64,000 nucleotides of DNA, from the NCBI RefSeq assembly GCF_009914755.1, contig NC_060927.1; one strand, given 5' to 3'. Below, piece by piece: positions 31,070-46,226 of this stretch (the first letter of the stretch is position 1; each line of letters starts with the position of its first letter). The position numbers and the translations under genes were made by a program. The notes beneath the pieces were generated by a model. The model ran no database searches. It worked only from the letters and a program-made list of their open reading frames with translations, and was not told the origin of the DNA. Source of the stretch: the human T2T-CHM13v2.0 reference genome, Homo sapiens.

Positions 31070-32484
31070 GTAAGTTTCCTTTTACATGAATCAGAGAACA
31101 ACCAGGGAGGCCAACCTGAAGTGTAAGTTGCAGTTCACTGCAACTTATACTTAGCTCTATAGTCAAATGAGCTTAGCTCTATAGTCAAATGCTGGCTATT
31201 TTCAAACCCAATTATAGTCTCAGTCGATGGCTAGATACACCTAGGAATCAAGTCTCAGTCTGACCTCTTAATCTATGATGTCTGTTTTATACATCAAGTT
31301 ACCACCAGGTATAATGGTGGATAGTGAGTGAAAGCGGCAGTCTTGAGTCTCAGGATGTGAACTACTTCCCTGTGGGGCAGGGCATCCTTGCTATTGCTTA
31401 AATCAGCCAGTGGCATCAGTTGGCATTTTGTGAGGAAGGAAGACAGATGCCTTCTGGAGTCGCAGTGATCCCAGAAAGAGGATCTGAATTCCTGCCTTTG
31501 ACACTAGGAAGACTCCATGGAGAGGTTTGGCAAGAAATGCCAAAGCAGTTTATATCTGGCCATGGGGAAAGACAGGATGCAAAATTTTGACGTCAAGAGT
31601 TTTTTGTAGTGCTCTAGGTCAATGTGTATTATGGGGGCTTGTGAGTATTGCCTCTAATGCCTCCAGCAAAGAAAAAATGATTTATTCTTGCTTTAAAAAC
31701 AAAATTGAAGTATAATTTATATATAGTAAAATGTACTCTTTTTACTGTACTGTGTTTTGACAAACACATATACTTGAGTAATGACCACTGCCATCAAAAT
31801 ATAGAACAGTGGCCTCCTTCCAGACAGATTGCCTTGTACTTCTCTATAGTGCATTCATAGTCCTACCTCCAGCTCTGGGAACCAGTGATCTGTGTTTTTG
31901 TTCTTACAGTTTTGCCTTTTCCAGAATGTCATAGGAGTGGAATCATATAGTAGATAGCTTTTTGAGACTGATAACTTTAATTCAGCATAATGCATTTGAG
32001 AGGTGATTTTTGAAAAAGGTTTTCATCTGAACCTCAAGTTTAGGTGTAAATATAACTAAATCCCTACAAACCAAAGTACTAGTGAATGAGGAATTTTATT
32101 TGAATCATACTCTTTTTGTTTGAGCTCATTACCAAAAACATGTCAAAAACATCTTTGTGTCCTTTTTTTTTTTCTAACCTGAGATCGTAATTTCATGTAT
32201 CTCTGGTCCAAAACCTGTAGTGCTTTGGGGCCTGTCTGTGCCTATTACATGTTTCTTCTACAGTTGAGCAGTTAGCATTTAGTGGACATGTTTTCTGTGG
32301 TTACTGGACATATCCTTTGCATTGCTCCCTCTGTACCTGTGCTATTCACTTTACCTTGGATTTGATCTCACCTAACTTTCAAATGGCATTTCTTCTGCAA
32401 ACTCTTCCCTAAGTTCTCCCATCCCCTCTAGCAAGGACTGGATCTCTTTTCTTCCAGACTTTCATAGAGCCTTGAATATATCCT

Positions 32485-32675
32485 ATCCATGGTTCTCAAA
32501 CATGGCAGCACAATGGAATCACCCATGGAATTTGAAATGCACTGTATACTGTTTTCTGAGTGCCATTCCAAGAGAGTGTGAGATTATTGTCCTGGGGTGT
32601 GGCCTGGACATTGGGACTTTTAAAAAGCTCCCCAGGTAATTTTAATATGCAGCAACATTTGAGAATGACTGTGTT
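32485..32675. mobile_element. MER5A-type element
   Basis: ggttctcaaa...gaatcacc...agctccccaggtaattttaatatgcagc...ttgagaa. Confidence 0.8.
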
Positions 32676-34407
32676 AGACAATTCTCACCTCATATTATCC
32701 TAGCCCCTTTTTTTCTGTATGTCTTTTCATCTCCTGTGAATGCAGCTTTTTGATGGTCAGAGACCCAGTTTTGTCACAATAATTGATACATTTATTAAGT
32801 GCTCAGCTAAGATGCTTCCTTGGTATCTAAGCCTTTTCACAAACCCTGGGAAGTTGGAATTATGATCTCCTTTACATAGTTGAGGAAATAGAAGCTCAGG
32901 GAGGAGCAACAAATTGCCCAAGATAGACCTTGTAAGTGATGGAATTGGGTTTCACATCCGTATCTAATTCCTAAATATTACACTGTATTAAGAGAGCCAG
33001 AACTCTAACCACTACATCACACCATCTTGGTGTGTGCTGCCAATATACAGCATACACTTGTGGAAGGAATGAGTGAAGAACAGTTTCCTCCCTCAGGCAG
33101 TGGGGGACCAAAGTTATTCAGCAGGATCAACATAGTTCTCCTGTGGTGGGTCTGTGGAGAGGATTTCTGTGTGTGAAAACTCCCCTTGACCCTTGTTTGC
33201 TCAAAATTCTCCAGTCTGCTCAACTTCCAGCCACATTGTTATCTGTCATAGTACAGGATGGAGAAGGAAGAGGTTGTTGCCTGTGACCCTATGGGAATTT
33301 TATTCGTTTTTCTGTGGCTAAGGTTGTCACCAAGTTAAGTTGGCGTGTACACTTTAGTATTACCTGAAGCCATCAGAAGTGGGCTGTCTTCTCTTGTTCT
33401 ACTGTAATTGCAATGTGTTCTCTTGGGGGAACAGAAGAGTGTAATCATCTACTTAATTAGCATGTCTGCGTATCGATGCAACTGTGATAAATGACATTCA
33501 TAAGGATGAACCTGAAATTTTACAAGATACTCAGATGTCTTCTGAATCACCAGAGCTTTCTCTTTGTTCAGAATCACTCCAGTATGCTTTGAAATTCAGA
33601 AGGCCTATATATTGGGAGAAAAAAACATAGAGCCTGGCACTTTAGTATATTCTGATTTTTGACAAACCACTGGCTATTCAGTTAGAAGTGCTATGGGTTG
33701 GTATCTCTCTTGCTTGGTTTACTTATTTTATTGCCTTCTTGGCTGCTGGGAATGTCCTTGTTGACTGAACTGTGGCTGTGTTGAAACGTAGATGAACGTT
33801 CTCTCTGACAATTGTCTGTACTGCCATGCTGTGTCCTGTATGTGACCAGTGTTATTGAGAATGTCTGTACCCCTTGTCACCTCTCACCTCATCAGCTACC
33901 AGTCAGCAACACAGCTAGCAAAGCAGCATCCTACTTTGTACAATGGCCTTTTCTAAAATACAAAATAGTCCCTTTTTGTTTGGAAATACTGTCAAACTCA
34001 CAGAGTTACAAGAAGAGGACAAAGAAATCCTGTATATTTTCAGTAGAGTTACAAGAAGGTGACAGAGAAATCCTGTGTATTTTATATGCTTTACCTGGTT
34101 ATAAACCAATTGTTAACATTTTGCCATCCTTGCTTTATTATTACCCTTTCTCTATCCCTTCTTTTTCTCTTTAATTCTCTCCACTCTTCCCCTAAGTTAT
34201 TTACATGTATATATAAAAAAAAATTTAGGAGAAAAAAATTAAATATATATAAAATATATTATATAGTTTAAATTTATATATAATATACTATATATTTACA
34301 TATGTAAATATGTAAATATATTTACATTTTTACAAAAATATGTAAATATATTATTTATATATAAATAAATAATTATTTATATATAGGTATATATATTTTC
34401 TCCTAAA

Positions 34408-34447
<40 letters not shown>

Positions 34448-34516
34448 TGTATATGTATATATAAAACTTAGGGGAAGAGTAGAGAGAGAGAAAAAAAGAG
34501 AAAGAGAGCTATATAG

Positions 34517-34827
<311 letters not shown>

Positions 34828-35677
34828 GAGAGAGAGCGAACTATATATATAATATATATATTTATACGTTATATATAAATACAAATATATATTATATATA
34901 TTTTTTCTCCTAAATTAGTTGAAAGTTACAAACATCATGCCCCTTTAGTAATTTTGATGTCTCTCATGTATTCTCTAACATAAAAACTATAGTTTTCTGT
35001 CAGCAAATGTAACATTGATATAGTATAGTTACCTAAGCTATATGCTGTCTTCTGTTTTTGCCTCTTGTCTCAATAATGTGGTTTATTGCAATTTTTCCAT
35101 TGCATCAGGAGGCATATGATGTTGGCTTGTCCCATCATTGTTGGTATTAAGTTTGATCACATGGTTCTGGTGGTGGTCACCAGCTTTCTCCACTGCAGTA
35201 TTACCACCTTTCCTTTTTAATCAAAAAAATACTTTTGTGGGGAGATATTTTGAGACTGTATAAATATCTTGTCTTCATCAAAATTATACTCACAGGTTTT
35301 AGCCTACACACATGAACTTCCCCAAATCAGTTATCATATGGTGGCTGCCAAATAGTGATTTTTTTTTTTTTTTTTTACTAACTACCATAACTCCGTCCTT
35401 ATTTCTTTGTTGGTGTTCTTGAGCTTTTCTCATCTCCACTAATTTATTTATGTATTCATTTATTATTTTATCAATATAGACTCAGATATCCTTATTCTAT
35501 TTAATGAGTTATAGTCCCTGCTGTCTTTACTATTTTGATGCCTTGTGGCTTATGTTTTAAAGATGACTTATTTTGTGGCATTGGGCAGGAGTGGGGTGGT
35601 CCCATGTGCACTTCGTTTCTTGTTACCTAAGAAAGGAGTCAGTCATCTAACACCTTCTTCTCCTTTTGCCGGGGCAG

Positions 35678-35803
35678 TTATCAATCCACCTCCTGTGGCT
35701 GGGACAATTTCATACAATTCAACCTCATCTTCCCTTGAGCAGCCAAACGCAGGGAGCAGCAGTCCTGCCTGCAAAGCCTCTTCTGGACTTGAGGCAAACC
35801 CAG
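35678..35803 (+). CDS. KAT2B: KAT2B exon 8 (Ser-rich linker): (V)INPPPVAGTISYNSTSSSLEQPNAGSSSPACKASSGLEANP
   Basis: ggggcag|TTATCAAT ... ACCCAG|gtaagc; 126 nt, phase 1-1. Confidence 0.96.
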
Positions 35804-35952
35804 GTAAGCTCTTAAGAGGGGATAAGAGAGGGCTGTGACTTGCTCCAGGAGCTCCATTACCTGAGGAGTGCAAAAGGTAGACTTGAACCAAGTACAGATT
35901 GTGCATGTCCAGGATTTTAACAGCTAGAAATAACTTTGTATTAGGCTTTTGG

Positions 35953-36783
<831 letters not shown>

Positions 36784-37809
36784 TGGGCAAAAATATCTCT
36801 TGAGCCTAGAAGCATTTCACAGTTAGAGAATGTTTTGAAGGTTGCATTTCTGTCCACAGACTTGACGTCAGACAAATCTTGGATGTGACCAAATTTTTAA
36901 ATAAAAGAAGTACCATGAAAGAGGGAAAGAAGAGGACCTTATAATATAAGAAGTGCCATATATTTAGCATATGCCACCATTCCCTTTCACTTCCAAGGGA
37001 GATATCACTAATTCATGCAGAAACTCTTTACCAGTGAGCTTGGATTCAGCCTCAGACTTTTTAAAAAAAATCATAAACACCATTAGCAGTCTAACAAGCA
37101 GAGGGCATATCAAGTACAAACCCCAGCTACGAAATAAATAGTTTTCAGCATTACTCTTAGGGAATCATGGAATTTGAGGACTTATTGGTCAGATGTCTGA
37201 AAATATTGTTACTTGTCTCCAAAAACAAACAACAAAAAATTGTAAAAAAAAGAACTCGACAAAAGTGATTTAGTAAATAATATGTAATACTTCTGGAAGA
37301 ATCGTCTACAGTCAAGTTACTTTATACTGTTCTGCTCCTTTTCAACTAGAGATAGTGAGAATGCTATGTGGAGAATGTTATATTGAGATAGCAGTGGGAT
37401 TCACATGTGAGGAAATAAATTAGATCTAGACATCTTAAAAATTCAAAAAATTTACTTGTAAAAATAAATACATGTTATGTCTGGAAAAAACTGGAAAAAC
37501 CAAACATGAGAATAGAAAGGAGAAAAAAACTACCATGCAATCTCATGAGGAAAGCGGAAGAAAGTTCTCTCTGCCTTTGCATGGCTCTCCTATTGTGTGG
37601 AATGGTGAGATTGCATCTACTTGATAGGCTAGTGGTCCTGCTCACTTTGTGAGGCATCATTTTAGGGCAAAAAAGCATTGTAAAAGATAAAGTGTGTCAT
37701 TTTATAATAGAAAATTAAATCCATAAATTTGTTTATTAAAAATAATTTATGGTATATTTCAAATATATAGCTATATATACATAATATATATGCATACATA
37801 CACATATGC

Positions 37810-37812
<3 letters not shown>

Positions 37813-37863
<51 letters not shown>
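37813..37863. repeat. (TG)~25 microsatellite
   Basis: Direct inspection. Confidence 0.95.
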
Positions 37864-37866
<3 letters not shown>

Positions 37867-38747
37867 GCCAAGCCCAGCACAGAGATTCCAATCAGTGGGT
37901 AGACTCATGAACAAGCCTGCCAAGATTGAATGAGATGAGCTGAAATCAGCCACCCATCAGGAAACATACGAAATGAATGAGCTATGATAGTAAGTTATTA
38001 TGGTTTAAGACTCATTTGGGGTTGGTTTATTACATAGCAATAACTAACCAATAAAGCCCAAAGCCTAATGCAAACTGATTTCCGTACATATATGGTGGGG
38101 TGCCGGTGGGGGCGGGGTGGAATTAACATGACTACAAGGAGAAATAATCAAATCAACCAACGGTTGAGGCTTTAAACAAACAACTGAGTAATTCATAGGT
38201 CAAACAGACAAAAATATCAGTAAGGCTCTTACTGATATCCATACAACATGATCTGTAAGCTGAAGCTAATGGAGTTATAGAGATCAAAATATGAAAATAC
38301 ACATTCTTTCCAAGAAGACACTGCACATTTACAAAAGATTGGTCTTATTTTAGGTCATAAGGTAAAAATTTCAATCCATTTTGACGTTTTGGTGTCATAT
38401 GGACCATGTTCTCTGACCTTGAAGAGACTATATTAGAGAGTACTAACAAACAATAGCTAGAATCACCCCTTTGCATTTGCAGATGAAGGAACATGTGCCT
38501 TAATATTTCATGTATCTAGTTAAAAATCATCATAGAAAGTAGAAAATATTCACAATGAATTGGGTTGGCAGTTATTGTGAGCTCACAATGGCTCTCTTTC
38601 CTGTCTTCCTTTGTCACCCCTTCCCCTGGTGGTAAAGATAGAGTTGACCTCCATGCCCATCAATGCTGTTAGAAAATTAGTTGGCGTGTATTATTTGTTT
38701 TGTGTTTAGAACCACCCATTGTTTGCCTTTTATTTTGATCATCATAG

Positions 38748-38884
38748 GAGAAAAGAGGAAAATGACTGATTCTCATGTTCTGGAGGAGGCCAAGAAACCC
38801 CGAGTTATGGGGGATATTCCGATGGAATTAATCAACGAGGTTATGTCTACCATCACGGACCCTGCAGCAATGCTTGGACCAGAG
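38748..38884 (+). CDS. KAT2B: KAT2B exon 9 (bipartite NLS KRK...KKPR): (G)EKRKMTDSHVLEEAKKPRVMGDIPMELINEVMSTITDPAAMLGPE
   Basis: atcatag|GAGAAAAG ... CCAGAG|gtcagc; 137 nt. Confidence 0.96.
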
Positions 38885-39459
38885 GTCAGCAGGGTAAACC
38901 TGGGCAGCCAGCTGGTAGACCTCTTCTGCTCTCCTGGCCACTCCAGCTGTCAGAAGTGGGGATGCTAATGCTGAGAGTTAACATGTTATGCTACCCTGGT
39001 TTGCATTTAACCTGGTGGTCAGTGTGGAGAGGGCAGGAACAACTGATCAAGAGGTAATTCCCCTTGATGAATATCACATCACAGGTCCACTTACTAATAA
39101 TCTCACAGTTGAAGGCATCATTCCCAGCTTTTTATCTTGAAAAATTTCAAGCCCTCATAAATGTTGCAGAAATTCTGTAATAAAAATCCATAGACTCTTT
39201 ACTTAGATTCAGCAGTTAACATTATGCCACATTTGCTATCTCTCTTTCTCTCTGCGCCTCCCCATATGCTCTTTTTCTTTCTCTCCCCACTCCCCATGAA
39301 CCATTTGGAACCATTTCAGAATTAAAAACACATGTCATAATACTTCACCCCTAACTATTTTTGCATGTACTGTATCTCATAAGGAAGCTATTCTCTTACA
39401 TAACCACAATGCAGTCATTACTCTTAGAAAATTTAGCCTGGTTACAATATTTTCTAATG

Positions 39460-39660
39460 CAGGGTTGGTGAATTACAGCCTGCAAGCCAAATCTGGTCCA
39501 CTGGCTGTTTTTTTCAAATAAAGTTTTATTGAAACATATTGTCTGCAGCTGTCTTTGCATTACAACAGTAAATTTGAATAATTGAGACAGGGAATGTGTG
39601 GCTTGCAAAGTATGAAATATTTATTATCTGGCTTTTCACTGAAAAGTTTGCTGACCTCTG
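39460..39660 (+). mobile_element. MER58A-type element within old L1 fragments
   Basis: cagggttggtgaattacagcctgcaagccaaatctgg...aaataaagttttattgaaaca...aagtttgctgacctctg. Confidence 0.85.
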
Positions 39661-40297
39661 GCCTAATATAAAACCGTATTTAAATTTCCCATATAGCCAG
39701 ATGATGTCAGTTATAACCTTTGTTGTTGTTGAAGGATCAGTTAGGGATTGTGCATTGCATTTAATTCTTATCTCTTCATTTGTTTAGTCTCCTTTAAAAC
39801 AACTCCCCAGCCTTGTTTTGGTCTTTTGCAGCACTGCCATTGGTGAAGAGTCTTGGTCGCTAGTTTTGTATAAGGTCCCTCTTTTTGGATTTGTTGATTG
39901 TTTACTAAGGATTAGATTCAAGTAAGGCATTTTTGGTAAAAATGCTGCTGTCATCTCATTGCCTTGCATCTGAGGGCATGCAAGGCAATGACATTTCTTA
40001 AGACATACCTGTCTTAAGACATTTCTGACAGCTTCCAGGAAATGAAGAAATGGCTTGGAGATTATATTACAGTGTTAATTTTCAATTTGTCATGTTTCTT
40101 TAAATATTTATTTTATGACATTGAGGATACTTCAGAGAACCAGAATGTTGTAATAGAAAAATCTCTTCCTAAAATTGATCTTTCCATTTCCTTCTAGATG
40201 TCCAGTCTGTGAGGGCTTAAGACTATAGTTTTTTAGGGATTTAGTAACATTACAGATTAGCTGAGTTTAGGTTTTTTTCAGCTATAAAATGGGGATT

Positions 40298-40719
40298 TGT
40301 ACTAGTCTATTGCATTGCTACAAAGAAATACCTGAGACTGGGTAATTTATTTTTTTAAAAAAGAGCTTTAATTGGCTCACAGTTCCACAGACTGTACAAG
40401 AATGGCATCAGCATCTGCTCAGCTTCTGGGGAGGCCTCAGGGAACTTATACTCATGGTGCAGGGTGAAGTGGGAGCAGGCACATCACATGGTGAGAGAGG
40501 GAACAAGAGAGTGAGGAGGAGGAGCCAGACCCCTTTAAACCACCAAATCTCATATGAACTAACTGAGCAATAACTCATTCATCAACAAGGGGATGGTGCT
40601 AGGCCATTCATGAGGGGTCTGCCCTGATGATCCAACACTTCCCACTAGGCCCCACCTCCAACATTGGAGATTGCATTTCAGCATGAGATTTGGAGGGGTC
40701 ACACATTCAAACTACATCA
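40298..40719 (-). mobile_element. MaLR solo LTR (MST-type)
   Basis: tgtactagt...actacatca termini; TSD ggatt/ggatg. Confidence 0.9.
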
Positions 40720-41121
40720 GGATGCAGTCACATGTTTGAAAATATTTTGGATATATTAATATTTAGTAGTGTACTAGAGCTGGCTTGTACTGGAATGCAC
40801 AAGAAAATTGTTAAATTTTCAGGAGTTTTGTGAGCTGGTTGTTCCATATGTTGGTAGCTTGAAGTTGACTAGCATGGCACCTGGTTACCTGGATAGCCAG
40901 TTCTGGACTAATGAGATGAAGTGTCACCAGTTAGGGCCTTCCTTCCTTGAAGAGCTGTTTGTGGAGCATCTACTTGCAAACCACTAGGCAGATTAAATAA
41001 GATGGGGAGCATAAGTGCTGGCACATGGTTGTGCTTCCAGCTATGGTTGAGTGTAGGTCAACAGATATTCTCTGGAAAGAAAACTGTTCTTTAAAAAGAG
41101 GTGTTAAGAATATATACATGA

Positions 41122-41406
41122 GGCCGGGCGCGGTGGCTCAGCCTGTAATCCCAGCACTTTGGGAGGCCGAGGCGGGCAGATCACGAGGTCAGGAGATCGA
41201 GACCATCTTGGCTAACACGGTGAAACCCCGTCTCTACTAAAAAATACAAAAAATTAGCTGGGCGCCGTGGCGGGCTCCAGAGGCTGAGGCAGGAGAATGG
41301 CATGAACCCGGGAGGCGGAGCTTGCAGTGAGCTGAGATAGCGCCACTGCAGTCTGGCCTGGGCGAAAGAGCGAGACTCCGTCTCAGAAAAAAAAAAAAAA
41401 AAAAAA
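41122..41406 (+). mobile_element. AluY-lineage element with internal deletion
   Basis: AluY diagnostics (gagatcgagaccatc, gcggagcttgcagtg); perfect 16-bp TSD aagaatatatacatga. Confidence 0.93.
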
Positions 41407-41504
41407 GAATATATACATGAGTGCTACTATTGGGCCTGTAATGAGAATTTGAATCTGTCATCTCAAGGGTCCTTAAAGCTCAGCTGGAGAGGATTCCTTG
41501 AAGC

Positions 41505-41726
41505 CAGAGGTTGGCAAACTATAACGCACAGGCCACATTTTGTCTGCTTACTGTATTTTTAAATAAAGTTTTATTGGAACAGTACTGCACCCATTCTTTA
41601 ACATATTGTCTGTGGATGCTTTTGCATTATAGCAGAAGAAGGAGTAGTTGTGACAAACACCTTATGGCTCACAACGTCTAAAATATTTTCTATCTGGCCC
41701 TTCACAGAAAACTTTGCTGGCCCCTA
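41505..41726 (+). mobile_element. MER58A-type element
   Basis: cagaggttggcaaacta...aaataaagttttattggaac...aaactttgctggcccc. Confidence 0.85.
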
Positions 41727-41871
41727 ATCTACACTGAATATCATCCGTGTACACATATAATACTCCAATTTCTCAAAATGCTTTACCTGCCTTTTCTGTC
41801 TTGTCTTCATAACTTGTATGTGTATGTGTCTCTGTGTGTATGTGTGCACACATGTGTATTTAGGACTCTGA

Positions 41872-42195
<324 letters not shown>

Positions 42196-42536
42196 TAAGT
42201 GGTACTTTCTGTTCCTTCTTCCTTATTTCCTTTTTAAATGAAAGAGGAACTGCTTAGATAGTGAAAGTCAGCCATAGTCATCCACCGAATACTACTGCAC
42301 CTGTCTTGCTGTGGATACAGAGCTTCACCAAGCTGATTTTCATGTCTGAAAGTGCTAAGAGTAATTTTCAACAATTTACAAATTTTCTTGTTAATGATGA
42401 TGAAACTTTATATTTTACATTGCTGATGACTCTCCTGTGCTTCATTCTTTATAGCAGTGAGAGAATGTAACACTAAGATGTTCTGCTTTCTTCATAATCA
42501 AAATATTGGTTTTGGTATCTTAACTAGGTGCCATTA

Positions 42537-42943
<407 letters not shown>

Positions 42944-43492
42944 CTAAACTTCTCTAATTGAATTTATTTTAACATACATAGCCCAGTAGCCTATGGGGAC
43001 TGTGATCCATGCCTGTGACAATTCAGAGTGATGCTTTAGACAGAGGGAAGGATTCCATAATGCGGAATTTTGCAAATTGTATATGTAAATTTTAAATTCT
43101 TTTTCATAATGTTTCTGTAATATTTTGGAGTAAGACTTAACTCTTCAGAGACACATACCATGTTTGTCCATGACTTCCTGCTCTCCCTGACCCCTCCTTG
43201 GCACTGGCTGTGCCAGTTCCAGAGCACCTCTGCACATACTCTGTTCTCTATTTGTAAACCTCAGGCACTTCTTAGGTGACTGGTATTTTGTTCTGATGGG
43301 AGTGCTGATGACATCTTGTGCAGGCGACCTAGCTCTAAAAAGTTCAGATAAAAGGATGGTCTAGCGAGATAGGGGCTACATGAAGGAAGTTTCTATAGAA
43401 ACTTAGGACATGTCCCTCTTTCTTAGTTGGTTAATAAGGAACACCCCAAAAAGTATATTTATATAACTAGGATAGGTAAAACTTTGACATAA

Positions 43493-43654
<162 letters not shown>

Positions 43655-43779
43655 TAGAAGAAGAGCAGAATGTGGGGCTTCTCACTAAGGCCTGCAGAGC
43701 TTGGGAAGATCTCTCTGTGCCATGTCCAGAGAAGGTTCAAAGTGGAGTTAAGGACTTTCTGGGAATAGTCCTCTCACTC

Positions 43780-44113
43780 CAATGGTCTCCAACCTTTTTG
43801 GCACCAGGGACTGGTTTCACGGAAGACAATTTTTCCACGGGTCAGATTAGGGCTATGATTTTGGGATGAAACTGTTCCAGCTCAGATCATCAGGCATTAG
43901 TTAGATTCTCATAAGGAGCATGCAACCTAGATCCCTTGCACGCATAGTTCACAATGGGGTTTGCACTCCTATGAGAGTCTAGTGCCACCACTGATCTGAC
44001 AGGAGGCAGAGCTCAGGCGGTAATGCTCACTTGCCTGCCACTCACCTCGTGCTGTGCAGCCCGGTCCCTAACAGGCCACGGACTGGTAATGGTCTAGGGG
44101 TTGGGGACCTCTG
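43780..44113 (-). mobile_element. MER1B (opposite orientation to the 24749 copy)
   Basis: TIRs caatggtctcc/ggggacctctg; TSD tctcactc/tctcactg. Confidence 0.9.
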
Positions 44114-44802
44114 TCTCACTGTGAGTGTATGTGTATGTGTGTGAGGAGAGTAAGTGGTTTCACCTACCAACAAGTAGGGTTGTACCAAGGCTTTGTTGGA
44201 CTTTGGGGCGAGGTACCAGGATACTGTACAAGTTCAATATGTAACTCAAGTGTAGTCGATAGCAAATGAAGGGATATTTGAAAAATAGATCTCAGTGTTC
44301 ATTGTTAATTTACACATACACGCAAACATGTAATCACAATTAGTGACACTGAACTACTGGAAAGGATATGGTTAATGTGGATTAGAAAGATGATTTAGGC
44401 AGCTTACACTTCAGAAAGATTTCTTATGACCTTGTCCCTAAGGGAAAACAAGGACTAAGGAAATTCTTTAAGGGAAGTCATGAAATTCTATAAGGGAAGT
44501 CATGTAAATTTATGAATAAATTTCAGAAGTTATTCCTGTAGGGTTTGGCATGTGTTGGAGTGTCTTTTTGTTTTGTTTTGTTTTTTTTTGTTGCTAATTT
44601 ATCTTCCCAGTTGTCTTTGGCTTAGGTCCCTTCCTTTCCAGGAACTGTGTCCATGTTTTATTGGTATTGCAGTTGGTGTCGCAGTCTGGCGAGAATAAAC
44701 CAGACTCTGAATTGACAGAAAGAGCTCTCATCTATACCTTGTCCTGTTCTACTTTCTTGCTTTTAAGAAAAGGGAACCAGAAAACATGTCCTTAGAATGT
44801 TA

Positions 44803-45126
<324 letters not shown>

Positions 45127-45209
45127 TTAGGATTTTCATGGGTGGACTAAAGATTAGCAGCTCCGGATGATTAAGATGGCTGCTGAGAAAAATTATTGGA
45201 AGGTCTAAA

Positions 45210-45882
45210 GCAATGTGTCCAATAGAAATATAAAGCAGCCTGCAAATATGAGGTTATAAAAGCACACATATTATGTGCTTTTAAATTTTCTAGTAGTTAT
45301 ATGTATATATTTTTAAAAAAGCAAGTGGAATCCAGTGAGATTAATTTTGGAAATTTATTTTACCCATATATCCAAAGTATTAATATAACTGCAACAGGCA
45401 TTCAATGTCACGAAGAATTATGGAGACCTTTTACATTACATTCTTTGTTCTGTACTGTCTTTTTTTTTTTTTTTTTGAGACAGGTTCACACTCTGTTGCC
45501 CAGGCTGGAGTGCAGTGGTGTGATCTTGGCTCACTGCAACCACCGCCTCATGGGTTCAAGTGATTCTCCCACCTCAGCCTCATGCGTAGCTGGGAACTAT
45601 AGGCACATGCCACCATGCCCGGCCAATTTTTGTATTTTTAGTAGAGATGAGGTTTCGCCATGTTGGCCAGGCTGGTCTTGAACTCCTGACCTCAGGTGAT
45701 CTGCCCTCCCTGGTCTCCCCAAGTGCTGAGATTACAAACATGAGCAACCACACCCAGCCTTATACTAACTCTTTGAAACCAAGCATGTATTTTACATTTA
45801 TAACACATCTCAATTTAGACAAGCTGCCTTTCAAGTGCTTGATAGGCACGTGTGGCCAGTGGCTCCTGTATTGGACAGTGCT
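45210..45882. mobile_element. MER33-type element with nested antisense Alu (45460-45759)
   Basis: gtgtccaatagaaatata ... tattggacagtgctg termini. Confidence 0.8.
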
Positions 45883-46056
45883 GGTCTAAGTATTTTGTTG
45901 ACTCCTTCAGCTTCAAAGAAGCAATACCATTTACAGAAACCAAAAGTAAGTCCCTGAAAGGAATCATTCTCTGCATTAGGGGCACAGCCTGGGCTATTGG
46001 TACTTTAGCTTTCATTAACAGCTTCACTCTCTGGTCACAGTACCCATTTTTTAAAA

Positions 46057-46226
46057 TTATTATTATTATTATTATTATTTTGAGACAGAGTCTTGCTCTT
46101 TTGCTCTGGCTGGAATGCAGTGATGTGATCTGCTCACTGCAACCTCCGCCTCCTGGGTTCAAGTGATTCTTATGCCACAGCCACCTGAGTAGCCGGGATT
46201 ACAGGCGTGAGCCACCACGCCCGGCC
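46057..46226 (-). mobile_element. Single-arm Alu with (TTA)n tail
   Basis: One monomer length only. Confidence 0.9.

Noticed and set aside
38094-38120. G-rich tract as a G-quadruplex
   Set aside because: Only three runs of three or more G, so marginal
44469-44512. Short tandem duplications (taagggaagtcatg x2; similar cases near 18850, 19261 and 60697)
   Set aside because: Ordinary slippage duplications with only two copies and no repeat-spacer array, so not CRISPR-like
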